Shown in pieces: positions 63,741 to 64,000 of a stretch of DNA of 64,000 bases. The notes beneath the pieces are model-generated. The model did no database searches, was not told the origin of the DNA, and saw nothing but the letters and a program-made list of their open reading frames with translations. How positions within the stretch are numbered: the first letter of the stretch is position 1; each line of letters starts with the position of its first letter. A program made the position numbers and the translations under genes. This stretch comes from Octopus vulgaris (Eukaryota). Location of the stretch: positions 149,606,001 through 149,670,000 of the forward strand of contig OX597817.1 of NCBI GenBank assembly GCA_951406725.2. The letters run 5' to 3'.

Positions 63741-63907
63741 TACGACGGGCTTCTTTCAGTTTCCGTCTACCAAATCCACTCACAAGGCTTTGGTCGGCCC
63801 GAGGCTATAGTAGAAGACACTTGCCCAAGGTGCCACGCAGTGGGACTGAACCCGGAAGCATGTGGTTAGTAAACAAGCTACTTACCACACAGCCACTCCT
63901 GCGCCTA
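63470..63907 (-). mobile_element. SINE family A, young full-length copy
   Basis: Close match to the family consensus across the window. Confidence 0.93.
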
Positions 63908-63915
63908 TAGCCACT

Positions 63916-64000
<85 letters not shown>

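Overview
AT-rich, repeat-saturated eukaryotic DNA with very long (TA)n, (CA)n, (GATA)n and (CATA)n tracts. The tRNA-derived SINEs and repeat load suggest a coleoid cephalopod, probably Octopus (inference from remembered repeat families, not from a search). I found no intact cellular protein-coding gene, so the window looks intergenic or intronic. Nearly every listed ORF is a microsatellite read-through, a SINE antisense frame or a transposon remnant. Supported content: four SINE families, labelled A-D here (about 40 copies or fragments); decayed LINEs (RTE, CR1-group, L1/Tx1-like, R4/Dong-like); Penelope-like GIY-YIG remnants and associated repeats with minimal hammerhead ribozymes (one canonical, several core variants); four non-autonomous Helitrons; Tc1/mariner derivatives; several long fold-back palindromes; and a 5S rRNA pseudogene. 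The most interesting signals are the hammerhead variants, two SINE-LINE tail pairs visible within the window, apparent site-preferred self-insertion of SINE B, and three short unique segments with promoter- or enhancer-like motifs. Coordinates were read by eye, so ends of decayed elements are approximate.
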